DNA of 63,653 bases, counting the filler, from Octopus bimaculoides (Eukaryota): assembly GCF_001194135.2 (NCBI RefSeq). It is 7 parts of 6 records of this genome, joined end to end, with 100 filler letters (N's around TTAATTAATTAA, not from the genome) between each part and the next. Parts side by side here need not be neighbours in the genome. Positions count along the whole stretch, not along the records: positions 35,596 to 39,743 come from NC_068981.1; positions 39,844 to 44,188 come from NC_068989.1; positions 44,289 to 57,792 come from NC_068992.1; 4 more parts are not named here. One strand, given 5' to 3'. Positions 38,218-48,536 of this stretch are shown one piece after another. The translations under genes were made by a program, and so were the position numbers. Each line of letters starts with the position of its first letter. Position 1 is the stretch's first letter. The notes under the pieces were generated by a model, which was not told the DNA's origin, did no database searches, and saw only the letters and a list, made by a program, of their open reading frames with translations.

Positions 38218-38857
38218 TACGTGTGTATGTGTGTGTGTTTATATCATTTTATTTTAAAGCGACACGCGTTAACTTATATACGCTACCTCTGGTTTCATGG
38301 CTTTTGTCTTTAAGCTCTGTTTAGCATCAAAAATCTGCTTGTCAAAATGAATAACATGCCCCCAAGAGCGCTAAATTAGCATCCCTTAACTGTGAAGAAC
38401 ACATTCACAGCTATGACTATATACACCACAAGGTCCAGTCTTTGCTGTAGTGTGGTGGCTTGTATGCTTTAATGACCATGAGAGCGATGCTACAACAGCA
38501 CAAGTTCTTGTAAGGCCTCTCCTGCTGGACAGGTCAAAAGATAGAGGCCAGCCTTGTAAGGACCACTTCTTCCTAGCGGTAAAAATCGGTTTATGTAAGG
38601 CCAACGCCCCCATCTAGATTTAGGAAAAATTACAGAGAAATCGATGACAATTCAAAACCAACAAGACCTGGGAGAACTTCCTTCAGTGAGGCGGGATACA
38701 GAATCAGAGCTGAAAAAGTGGTAATCTGACTGGAGAGAAGCAAAAAGATAGACCAGGGTCAAAAACACTGGAGAAAAGTCGTGAAAGTAGTAATATATCC
38801 ATACAAAGTCCTTGATATTTTTTTCATTTTGATATCATTTACCAAGAATAAAGCGAT

Positions 38858-39065
38858 GAGCAGGCAGAAACGTTAGCACGCTGGAGAAATTGCTTAGCGG
38901 TATTTCGTCCGTCCTTTAAGTTCTGAGATCAAATGCCACCGGAGTCGACTTTGCCTTTCGTCCTTTCGAGTTCGATAAAATAAGGAGCCAGTTGCGTATT
39001 AAGGTCGATGGTATCGACTAGCTCACCCCTCCAGAATTTTATGCCATACTGCCTATAGTAGAAAG
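38858..39065 (+). mobile_element. SINE family B
   Basis: Head, body and tail motifs. Confidence 0.8.
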
Positions 39066-39372
39066 GATATCTTTTATCAAGAATGACACCAATGAGTGTG
39101 TGCGTGTGTCTCTGTGTGTAGTATGCTTGCATGCTTATAACTATTTTATGCATGTATTAATTTTGATGATTGACAGAATTATTATAGTGGATTTAGTTAC
39201 AAATCCCAACATTTGGAGAGCCAATCTTAGCTAAGATTAACTTTGCCTCCCGTACTTTCGGAGCCGATAAGATACGATATCAGTCAAATATTAGGAGTGA
39301 GGAAATTTGGGAGAGGAAATGTTAAGCCCCTTCCACAAATTTAGGTCTTATATCTACGTTACAAACTATATA

Positions 39373-39695
39373 TCTATATATATAAAAATGAGAATGTGTG
39401 TCTGTCTGTCTGTCTGTCTGTGTGAATCCCTAAAACTCGAGAACTACGCAACCAATTTCATTCAAACTTTACACATGCCTTACTTAGGGTTCCAGTTGTG
39501 TTTTAGTCAAAAAAAATTATTAACTTCTTGCAGAGTTCGAGCACACGGCAACATAATATCTCCTCCACTATTTAAGTATTACGTGTCAAAAGTGAAACAA
39601 AAACACTCATGTCAAATACTTTCACTTTAAAAATGAAACTATTCCACTAACTGAAACAATCACATTTCGATACTGTAGTGACAGATACTTTCACA
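39373..39695 (+). mobile_element. Non-autonomous Helitron 5' portion
   Basis: A|TC start, TCTATATATATAAAAATG, (CTGT)n and CTAAAACTCGAGAAC. The 3' hairpin/CTRR end is not seen before the spacer. Confidence 0.65.
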
Positions 39696-39743
39696 GAGAG
39701 AGAAAGAGAGAAAGAGAGAGACAGAAAGAGAGAGAGAGAGAGA

Positions 39744-39843
39744 NNNNNNNNNNNNNNNNNNNNNNNNNNNNNNNNNNNNNNNNNNNNTTAATTAATTAAN
39801 NNNNNNNNNNNNNNNNNNNNNNNNNNNNNNNNNNNNNNNNNNN
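39744..39843. other. Artificial scaffold spacer
   Basis: Same 100-bp structure. Confidence 0.97.
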
Positions 39844-39920
39844 CATCCATCCCATCCATCCATCCATCAGTCTGTCCATCCATCCATCCGTCCATCCATC
39901 CATCCAAACTTCTATTCAGT

Positions 39921-39926
39921 TTTATT
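39921..39926 (-). terminator. Candidate AATAAA polyadenylation signal of the Atos homolog
   Basis: AATAAA on the minus strand about 125 nt after the stop codon. Not unique in AT-rich DNA. Confidence 0.35.
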
Positions 39927-40049
39927 GATTCAGTGTTATCAATGGAGATATTGAACAGCCTTTCTTGAATAAATATTGTAGAAAAAAAAAAAAAAGAAAA
40001 AAAAACAAATAATTTTTTATAAATAATTGGCATCTATATATAGTTATTA

Positions 40050-40206
40050 TCATCTCTTCGATGAAAATTTGGGGTTCCTTGGTCCTTCTGTAAAAGATCG
40101 AAGTTCATAATTCGCGACACGTGCATCATATTCAAATCGGTCACGGGCAAAAATTAAGCGCACGTCGGTATGTAGATAGAGTTTCCCAGATTTGCTACTT
40201 GAGATC
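40050..40206 (-). CDS. ATOSA: Atos homolog last coding exon (R)ISSSKSGKLYLHTDVRLIFARDRFEYDARVANYELRSFTEGPRNPKFSSKR*
   Basis: ctttctttcag acceptor. The phase-2 start completes the CG|G Arg codon, and TGA lies at 40050-40052. Matches the recalled SSKSGKIYLHRDVRLLF...YELKSYTESPTNPQFSP. Confidence 0.95.
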
Positions 40207-40363
40207 CTGAAAGAAAGAAAAAGAATCCAATATATAGTTATATATACGCATACATATTTACAAACACACACACACATCATCATCATCATCGTTATCAACA
40301 ACAACAACATCGTTTAATGTCCACTTTTCCAAAATTCATTAATGTAAATTTTTGATAGCCACA

Positions 40364-40703
40364 GGCGCAGGGGTGACTTTGTGGTAAGAAGAAAGCTCCT
40401 TACCACATGATTCTAGGTTCAGTCCCACTGCATGGCACTTTAGGTGAGTATCTTCTACTATAACCTTGGCCCAACTAAAGCCTTGTGAGTGGATTTGGTA
40501 GACAGGAACAGAAAGAAGCCAGTGATGTGTGTGTGTGTGTGTTTGGGCCTGTGTTTGTTCCCCACCACCACTTGACAACCAATGTTGGTGTGTTTATGTC
40601 CCTGTAACTTAGCAGTTCTGCAATAGAGACTGACAGAATAAGCATGAGGTTGTGTCCCAGCATGGCTGCAGTCTAATGACTGAAATGAGTAAAAGATAAA
40701 AGA
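40364..40703 (+). mobile_element. SINE family A in the last Atos intron
   Basis: Head-to-tail motifs, CpG-decayed. Confidence 0.85.
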
Positions 40704-40902
40704 TAGCCAGATACTCTTCCAGTCGCCAACCTTTGCCTATCTCAAAACAAGACAATGATATTTCCCCATGGTCAAACATGGTTTTTCATGGAAGACTGAC
40801 AACAAACAACACCACTTATATGACAGTGATGCTCGTTTACAGTCATCACTTGACGTCAGGACAAGGATATGCAGAAACACACATATGAATTTTATGTATG
40901 TG

Positions 40903-40977
40903 TATAGTAGAAGACACTTGCTGAAGGTGCCACGCAGTGGGACTGAACCCAGAACCATCACACAGCCACACCTGCAC
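40903..40977 (-). mobile_element. SINE family A 5' fragment
   Basis: Reverse complement of the head. Confidence 0.75.
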
Positions 40978-41039
40978 ATATATATATATATATATATAGA
41001 TTGCTAGCCACTACACATTCTTTATTTTCTCTCCTTGTT

Positions 41040-41077
41040 TCTTTCTGTGGAAGAGCGTAGGCTCGAAACGTTAAAGA
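41040..41077 (+). ncRNA. Family D hammerhead-like motif, second copy
   Basis: UCUUU-CUGUGGA-A-GAGC GUAG GCUC-GAAACGUU-AAAGA. Confidence 0.45.
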
Positions 41078-41285
41078 CTTTTTCACTTCCCGAGCGTAAT
41101 ACTAATACATCTGTTTGTTTTCTACACCACCTGTCTTCGTCTTTTGTTTTTTTGTGTGAATTCTCCCTACATATATATATATTCATTCATTCAATAAATG
41201 TGTGTAAATATATCTTGTACACACACACACACAAAGCTTCTGGTTGACAAGTAACATGTAAATAAAGGATGCCTGACACACTTAC

Positions 41286-41452
41286 CGTAAATGAATCAAA
41301 TATCGGAGATAAGAGTGTTCATCACTACTTGGATCGGCAGGCATATACATAGTTCTTTGACGCATGAACGTCTGAGAGTTCGAGGGCATATCTTGCAAGT
41401 CGTACATCACCACAAACATTTTCACCACCGTCTTGTTTGGGTTAAACAGTGT
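41286..41452 (-). CDS. ATOSA: Atos homolog internal exon TLFNPNKTVVKMFVVMYDLQDMPSNSQTFMRQRTMYMPADPSSDEHSYLRYLIHL(R)
   Basis: tttttttttcgcag acceptor and gtaagt donor, 167 bp, phase 0-2. TLFNPNKTVVKMFVV and LRYLIHLR are near-invariant FAM214 motifs. Confidence 0.95.
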
Positions 41453-42016
41453 CTGCGAAAAAAAAAGAAAATGGAATCATAGGAAAATCAAGGAATTCTG
41501 TAGCAAGTAATAATAATAATAATAATGGTTTTTGATGTTTTTGACATAATTAGAGAAGGAGAATATAGTCAAATATAAGGATCCTGGATTATTTTCTGTT
41601 TTTTTTTACAGAATTTTTGAGAGTGGTCAAATTCATTTTTAGTATTCTCATTTGTGAAAGCAGTCGAGTTTATTTCAGATATTCTCATCTTAAAAATCAT
41701 CTCTGGCTAATCGTTGAGAAGACATTGGTGTTGCCTTGGCAGATGTTTGCGCTCTCTGAGTGCACTTGTTTACAATGTAATATTCGTTTTTACAATGCAC
41801 ATTCCTATTGGCAACATCTAAGCAGTTGATAATTACACATGCAAAATTGTAGTGGGGTACCCAAAACCTATTGGCCCATGGGCCCCACTAGGTTTAAATC
41901 CATCCCTGGTTTTATCCTGGTAACTGAGAATGTACAGCAAGTCATATACTATCAGTGGTATAACTATTTGTAAAGTTGGTCACAGGAAAAAGAAATATTT
42001 AATTATTTCAACTTAC

Positions 42017-42085
42017 AACTTGGACGGTTCCAACTTTTGGTACATGATATCCCTTTTTGGAATAAGATTCTAAATTTATGTGTCC
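42017..42085 (-). CDS. ATOSA: Atos homolog internal exon, 23 aa GHINLESYSKKGYHVPKVGTVQV
   Basis: ttttcttttgcag acceptor and gtaagt donor, 69 bp, phase 0-0. Fills exactly the expected GVITLESLGKRGYRVPPSGTIQV segment. Confidence 0.93.
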
Positions 42086-42487
42086 CTGCAAAAGAAAATA
42101 ATTATGAAAGAAATTAAAAGACAAAAATCTAAATTTAAAATGTTAATAAATAAATGGAAGTATCTAAAGAAAAGAAAAGTGCAAGAAAAATATTTTTGTA
42201 ATTTTAAAAAGTTAGTCATGGGTGAAGTGGTAGTGCCCATATCTTATGCAGTTTTTTGATGGTCAGCGTGATGGTCAACGTGAACAACAACAATGACATC
42301 AGAGATGAAGATGCTGCCACTGCCATTGTAGCCCCTACTTCATCATCGTCATCATCATCACCACCACCAGACCACCAGACTAAACCTTTCGAGGCGGTGC
42401 CCCAGTATGGCCACAGTCCAATGACTGAAACAAGTTAAAGATAAAAGATAAAGAAGAAAAGGATGGTTTTTAATATTTTTAACTCAC

Positions 42488-42646
42488 CAAATAAGGGGAA
42501 GGTGCGTTGTCATCAGAAAGACTGAAGAAATATGAGGTTACAGGTAAACAGATGTGTTTTGGACAGAATGTTCCACTGGCACCAATCTCTGCAACGAATC
42601 CTTCTACCACGCCACTTGGTTCAATACGACCATTTAAAATGGATTC
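42488..42646 (-). CDS. ATOSA: Atos homolog (FAM214A/ATOSA-like), internal exon, 53 aa ESILNGRIEPSGVVEGFVAEIGASGTFCPKHICLPVTSYFFSLSDDNAPSPYL (DUF4210 region)
   Basis: ttttcag acceptor and gtgagt donor, 159 bp, phase 0-0. Matches the recalled FAM214A segment ESVLNYRFDPLGIVDGFTAEVGASGAFCP...SDDNAPSPYM. Confidence 0.93.
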
Positions 42647-42764
42647 CTGAAAATTCAAAGTTTTATATATTACATCTGAAAATATTCTTTTCTATTCTAG
42701 GCACAAGGCCTGAAAATTTTGGGGGTGGTGTGGCCAGTCGATTAGATTGACTCCCCCCCACCTC

Positions 42765-42912
42765 CAACATGCAACTGGTAATTAATTTATTGACTCCAAA
42801 AAGATGAAAGGCAAAGTCGACCTCAGCGGAATTTGAACTCAGAACATAACGGCAGATGAAATACTGCTAAGCATTTCGCCCGGCGTGCTAACGTTTCGGC
42901 CAGCTCGCCGCC
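42765..42912 (-). mobile_element. SINE family B in an Atos intron
   Basis: Near-consensus head, reverse complement. Confidence 0.85.
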
Positions 42913-43044
42913 TTTACATCTGAAAATATTGCTTTGGTATTATTTATTATTATTATTCAGCTGAGGTTAACTCTACTTTTCATCCTATTCGGGGTCAATT
43001 AAACAAATACCAGTTGAGTGCTGGTTTTGTACCAAAATTTGAAA

Positions 43045-43085
<41 letters not shown>

Positions 43086-43161
43086 TTAAAAAAAGGATTG
43101 ACGTAACTCTTCACGAAGGTAAATAGTCAAGACGAAGAGTGCGATTTTAGATGTTTTATTT

Positions 43162-43206
43162 TTTGAACAACATTTCGACAGAACGTCTGTCTTTCTCAAG
43201 TTCAAA
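43162..43206 (-). ncRNA. Minimal type-I hammerhead-like motif with U3-A8 core
   Basis: UUUGAAC-UUGAGAA-A-GACAGA CGU UCUGUC-GAAA-UG-UU-GUUCAAA: 7-bp stem I and 6-bp stem II. Confidence 0.55.
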
Positions 43207-43395
43207 CCAAAAGGTGATTGAAAATTCAAAATTTCAGAAACCAAACGTAAACTATGAGCGTGAGTAACCAGCGTCCATACGTTGATAGAATGACATCATC
43301 AGCTTTTGTCAGTTTTTTAATAAGCAGAAAGAAAGAAAGAAAGAAAAAGGAAGACGACAGAAAAAGAAAAGAAAGAAGAATATTCAATCAAACAG

Positions 43396-43440
43396 TTTGA
43401 ACTTGAGAAAGACAGACGTTCTGTCGAAATATTGTTAAAA
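43396..43440 (+). ncRNA. Inverted second copy of the U3-A8 hammerhead-like motif
   Basis: Same core. Stem III palindrome AUAU, one mismatch in stem I. Confidence 0.5.
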
Positions 43441-43504
43441 AAATAAAACATCTAAAATCGCACTCTTCGTCTTGACTATTATTATTATTATTATTATTAT
43501 TATT

Positions 43505-44025
43505 AAGTGAGAGAGCAATGCATGATCATTAAAGTGACACTGGGGTACAATAAGGGTACACCAGGCACATGCATCACAACCATATGTGCGTGACATGGTG
43601 ATCTCATATCAGCACATGACCTTGCAGGTGGGGCCCAGTTAGAATTTTCTTCAGATTGAATAGCCCATCCTACTCAAAAGGTCCCTGAATAAGGTTTGTT
43701 TAAGGATGTTGAGCAAAACACCAATGTTTCCAAAGGTGAATTATTCAAATCCCAAAGAATTCCTCTCAACACTTGGCTATGATGCTTCCCCACTACTTCT
43801 GTTCGTGATCAGAGATAGACATATTGTCAGCCACCAAGGGACATGCTCAACTGGTTAAGGTGAAAAAACTGACAAGCAAATCTGTGGTATTAAGCAGAAT
43901 ATTTGCTGTAGCCCATCTTTTTATATCAAGACAAAACGACGTACATGATAACACTTTCAATCAGTTAAGATCAGAAGCCATGAGAGCTACTGCCTAGTAT
44001 TGTATCAGGGCATTATTATTATTAT
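43505..44025. repeat. Interspersed repeat family E
   Basis: 43800-44010 matches the reverse complement of 62045-62235. Confidence 0.75.
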
Positions 44026-44188
44026 TATTGGATGTTCTTTAATTTATTGTTGCACTAACTGAATGATATCAAGCATTCAATTAGAAACATTTAACTGTTA
44101 GCAAGGGACTCCTTAACTAGAGTCGAGTTAAAACAAATATTAATTTTATTAACAAAATAATTTCTCAAAAACAAAAAGAAAAGAAAGG

Positions 44189-44288
44189 NNNNNNNNNNNN
44201 NNNNNNNNNNNNNNNNNNNNNNNNNNNNNNNNTTAATTAATTAANNNNNNNNNNNNNNNNNNNNNNNNNNNNNNNNNNNNNNNNNNNN
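44189..44288. other. Artificial scaffold spacer
   Basis: Same 100-bp structure. Confidence 0.97.
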
Positions 44289-44340
44289 ATATACATACAT
44301 ATACATACACACAGATTAATAGATAGAGAGATAGATAGAG

Positions 44341-44418
<78 letters not shown>

Positions 44419-45889
44419 ACTGAGTGTATTTGTTGCATGTGTCATATATCTAACTGTGTACGTACAGCAATATAAAAGTGTATGTTTTCAATATCTCTGT
44501 GTGTTAGAGGGAAAAAATGTTGCTTGGTTGAAGGCATCTATTGTGAGTCTATTATTATATTTACGGATACAGCAGTTTTTGTTTTTTTTTAGTTTTATTA
44601 TGTGCCATAGCGAACTAAGATTTCTATATACGTGGAAATATGAAATTTTTTTCCGTGTTAAAGGNNNNNNNNNNNNNNNNNNNNNNNNNNNNNNNNNNNN
44701 NNNNNNNNNNNNNNNNNNNNNNNNNNNNNNNNNNNNNNNNNNNNNNNNNNNNNNNNNNNNNNNNNNNNNNNNNNNNNNNNNNNNNNNNNNNNNNNNNNNN
44801 NNNNNNNNNNNNNNNNNNNNNNNNNNNNNNNNNNNNNNNNNNNNNNNNNNNNNNNNNNNNNNNNNNNNNNNNNNNNNNNNNNNNNNNNNNNNNNNNNNNN
44901 NNNNNNNNNNNNNNNNNNNNNNNNNNNNNNNNNNNNNNNNNNNNNNNNNNNNNNNNNNNNNNNNNNNNNNNNNNNNNNNNNNNNNNNNNNNNNNNNNNNN
45001 NNNNNNNNNNNNNNNNNNNNNNNNNNNNNNNNNNNNNNNNNNNNNNNNNNNNNNNNNNNNNNNNNNNNNNNNNNNNNNNNNNNNNNNNNNNNNNNNNNNN
45101 NNNNNNNNNNNNNATATATATATATATATATACGTATACACACACACACACACATACATATATACATATATACATATATATATATATGCATATGCATGTA
45201 TACACACACATATTTTGCACCACATAGAAAGACTTACTGTTTATATGTACCACCAAGTATCTTCCATTTTACCGAAAACTTGATGGCGAAATTTTGCTGT
45301 CCGGCTAAAGAAATCCTTTCTTATGCCAAACTTATGGACAATAAACACGAGTTACAAACATTTCTAAATCCAAGTATATTTTTGTGTATATTCTTGGACG
45401 TATATTAGATTAAATTATTAATAAGCTTCTATACCATGCATAGAACACTCTCTGTTAATATAACATAAAGATGAACTTACCTAGTTCCAACCATACAAGG
45501 ATAATGGAGCAACAGAATGGAAGATTATCATATAAAAAGGATGAAAAATAGAGAAAAATGTGTGTTCGAGAAAGAAATAGAATAGAATGCAAATACAATT
45601 GTGGATATATTTTCATGAGAATTTTGGGGGGTATTTCCTTTTTTTTTTTTTTTTTTTTTGCATATTTTGAATGATTCAGTGTTGAAATATCTCTGATGAT
45701 AGCATAATGGAATGAAAGAATATTGAGAAAATTGAACGATAGAATATTCTAGTGATTGAATGAAAAAAAATAAGCTTTTCAGAACAAAATGGAAGTATAT
45801 GTTTTGATTCAATGTAAGAGAGAAATTTTTTTCATTTCTGTTTTTTTTTAATTGAATATAGGAATTCTTAGGCAAATAAATTGTCAAAG

Positions 45890-46365
45890 AATATATTAGA
45901 CATAGGATAGAAGTATGTATTGGTAATAGAATTAGAGAATGTATTAAAATAGGATCAGGGAGTATATCTAAAATGGAATTAGAGAATATATTTAGAATAT
46001 GACTAGAGAATAGTTAGAATGGAATTGGTGAACATATCTAAAATAGGATTAGAAAATATATTTAGAAGGGAATAGAGAATATATTTAGTATAAGATTAAC
46101 GAAGATATTTTTAGAATAAGATCAGAGAATATATTTAGAATAGAATTAGAGAATATATTTAGAGTGGTATAAGAGAATATACTTAGAATAGAATTACTAA
46201 ATATTTAGAAAGGGATTACAGAATATTTAGAATAGGATTAGTGAATATTTTTGGAATCGGATTAATAGATAAATTTAAAATTGGATTAGTGAATATACTG
46301 AGAATGGGATTAGAGAACAGAATATACTCTTAGAATGGAAACGAAAGCGTATATTTCGAATTGGA
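45890..46365. repeat. Degenerate 24-bp minisatellite (GAATATATTTAGAATAGGATTAGA-like)
   Basis: About 19-20 units visible. Confidence 0.85.
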
Positions 46366-46499
46366 TAAAAAAAAAATAGAGGACGGAGAAAGAAGTAAAT
46401 GCTTAGTTTTCACCACAAAGATATCACGTGTAAAAGCATAAGAGACGTTGATTCTTACTGGCAAAACTATTAAAGTATCAATAAGAAAATGCCATGTGG

Positions 46500-46640
46500 T
46501 ATTTGTTGTGGATCTTTATATTCTGAGTTAGAATCCCACGGAGGTCAACCTTGCATTTTAACCTTACGGGTGCGATAAAATAAAATACCTGTAAAGTACT
46601 GGGTCGATTTAATTGATTAACCATCTTCCCTCAAAATGGC
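46500..46640 (+). mobile_element. SINE family B fragment
   Basis: TTCTGAGTTAGAATCCCACGGAGGTCAACC. Confidence 0.65.
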
Positions 46641-47034
46641 TGAATCCATACTGAATCCATATCAGAATCCATAATAACGACATGACCGTCATAGCCTCAT
46701 AGAAGCTGAAAGGTTGCTAGCAGAATACGGCAAATCATATCAGTCAGGACAAGTCGGATGGCTTGCAACTCGATACATGCAGGAGCAGGTCTAGAATGCG
46801 GCAAGATCTGTCACCGGATCGAGGGCAGCATCCTGGGGCGAGTGAAGGATAAGAGATGTTACAATATTACTGAAAGCTTGGGAAGGGGAGGTAGTGAAAT
46901 ATCTTCATGTAATACAACACAGACATTTAAATGGACAATGTTTTTCTAAGGATGTGGTCAGTACAATCTTTTGGATTTCTCTGAGACATGCTTCTCTTGG
47001 GATCTTATCTAGATGTTTCTGACATCCTTTTTTT

Positions 47035-47035
<1 letters not shown>

Positions 47036-47102
<67 letters not shown>

Positions 47103-47194
47103 TGCAGCAGCAGCAGCAACAGTGGAGTAGTAGTAGTAGCAGCAGCAGCAGCAACAGTGGTAGTAGTAGTAGTAGTAGTAGTGGTAGTAGTAGT
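47036..47194. repeat. (AGT)n/(AGC)n microsatellite ending at a gap
   Basis: Directly visible. Many other (TA)n, (CA)n, (CT)n, (ATCT)n, (AAT)n and (AGT)n runs occur, most flanking N gaps. Confidence 0.95.
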
Positions 47195-48471
47195 NNNNNN
47201 NNNNNNNNNNNNNNNNNNNNNNNNNNNNNNNNNNNNNNNNNNNNNNNNNNNNNNNNNNNNNNNNNNNNNNNNNNNNNNNNNNNNNNNNNNNNNNNNNNNN
47301 NNNNNNNNNNNNNNNNNNNNNNNNNNNNNNNNNNNNNNNNNNNNNNNNNNNNNNNNNNNNNNNNNNNNNNNNNNNNNNNNNNNNNNNNNNNNNNNNNNNN
47401 NNNNNNNNNNNNNNNNNNNNNNNNNNNNNNNNNNNNNNNNNNNNNNNNNNNNNNNNNNNNNNNNNNNNNNNNNNNNNNNNNNNNNNNNNNNNNNNNNNNN
47501 NNNNNNNNNNNNNNNNNNNNNNNNNNNNNNNNNNNNNNNNNNNNNNNNNNNNNNNNNNNNNNNNNNNNNNNNNNNNNNNNNNNNNNNNNNNNNNNNNNNN
47601 NNNNNNNNNNNNNNNNNNNNNNNNNNNNNNNNNNNNNNNNNNNNNNNNNNNNNNNNNNNNNNNNNNNNNNNNNNNNNNNNNNNNNNNNNNNNNNNNNNNN
47701 NNNNNNNNNNNNNNNNNNNNNNNNNNNNNNNNNNNNNNNNNNNNNNNNNNNNNNNNNNNNNNNNNNNNNNNNNNNNNNNNNNNNNNNNNNNNNNNNNNNN
47801 NNNNNNNNNNNNNNNNNNNNNNNNNNNNNNNNNNNNNNNNNNNNNNNNNNNNNNNNNNNNNNNNNNNNNNNNNNNNNNNNNNNNNNNNNNNNNNNNNNNN
47901 NNNNNNNNNNNNNNNNNNNNNNNNNNNNNNNNNNNNNNNNNNNNNNNNNNNNNNNNNNNNNNNNNNNNNNNNNNNNNNNNNNNNNNNNNNNNNNNNNNTG
48001 ATAGAAGAATCACGTCTAACCGACAAAATAGCAACAACAACGTCAATAACAGGAACAACAATAACTAGAAGAAGAACAACAACAACAGAAGCAACGATAA
48101 CTACAAGTCAGTGAAAGCAATTGTTGAATTCAGCAATTACAAAGACCATGGGAATGGAAAAATCGTGAAAATGTAGAGTGTGGACAAAAGAACGTTTCTG
48201 ATTATTATAGAACATGTAAATGAAGCTAAACGTGAATCCATATATAAAAGGAAAGTTTCCAATAGTGTGCTGCTGCTATTGCAGTGAAATGCACGCATAT
48301 TTGCAGAATACAATCAATAACGTTGCAATATAACAACAATGCAGGTAACACCAGAAACCATGTCTACTTAAGGGTTACAGATATCTACGTCAGACTAACA
48401 ACAACAACAACAAGAGCAACATAGAGAAGTGAAGGAGGTTGGAAAAGAAATAGAAAAGAAACAAGGAAAAT

Positions 48472-48536
<65 letters not shown>

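Noticed and set aside
41874-41885. GGCCCATGGGCC palindrome
   Set aside because: Probably part of a small DNA-transposon end; no further support.
46680-46950. Possible Tc1 N-terminal relic
   Set aside because: Only a weak resemblance over about 14 residues, with multiple stops.
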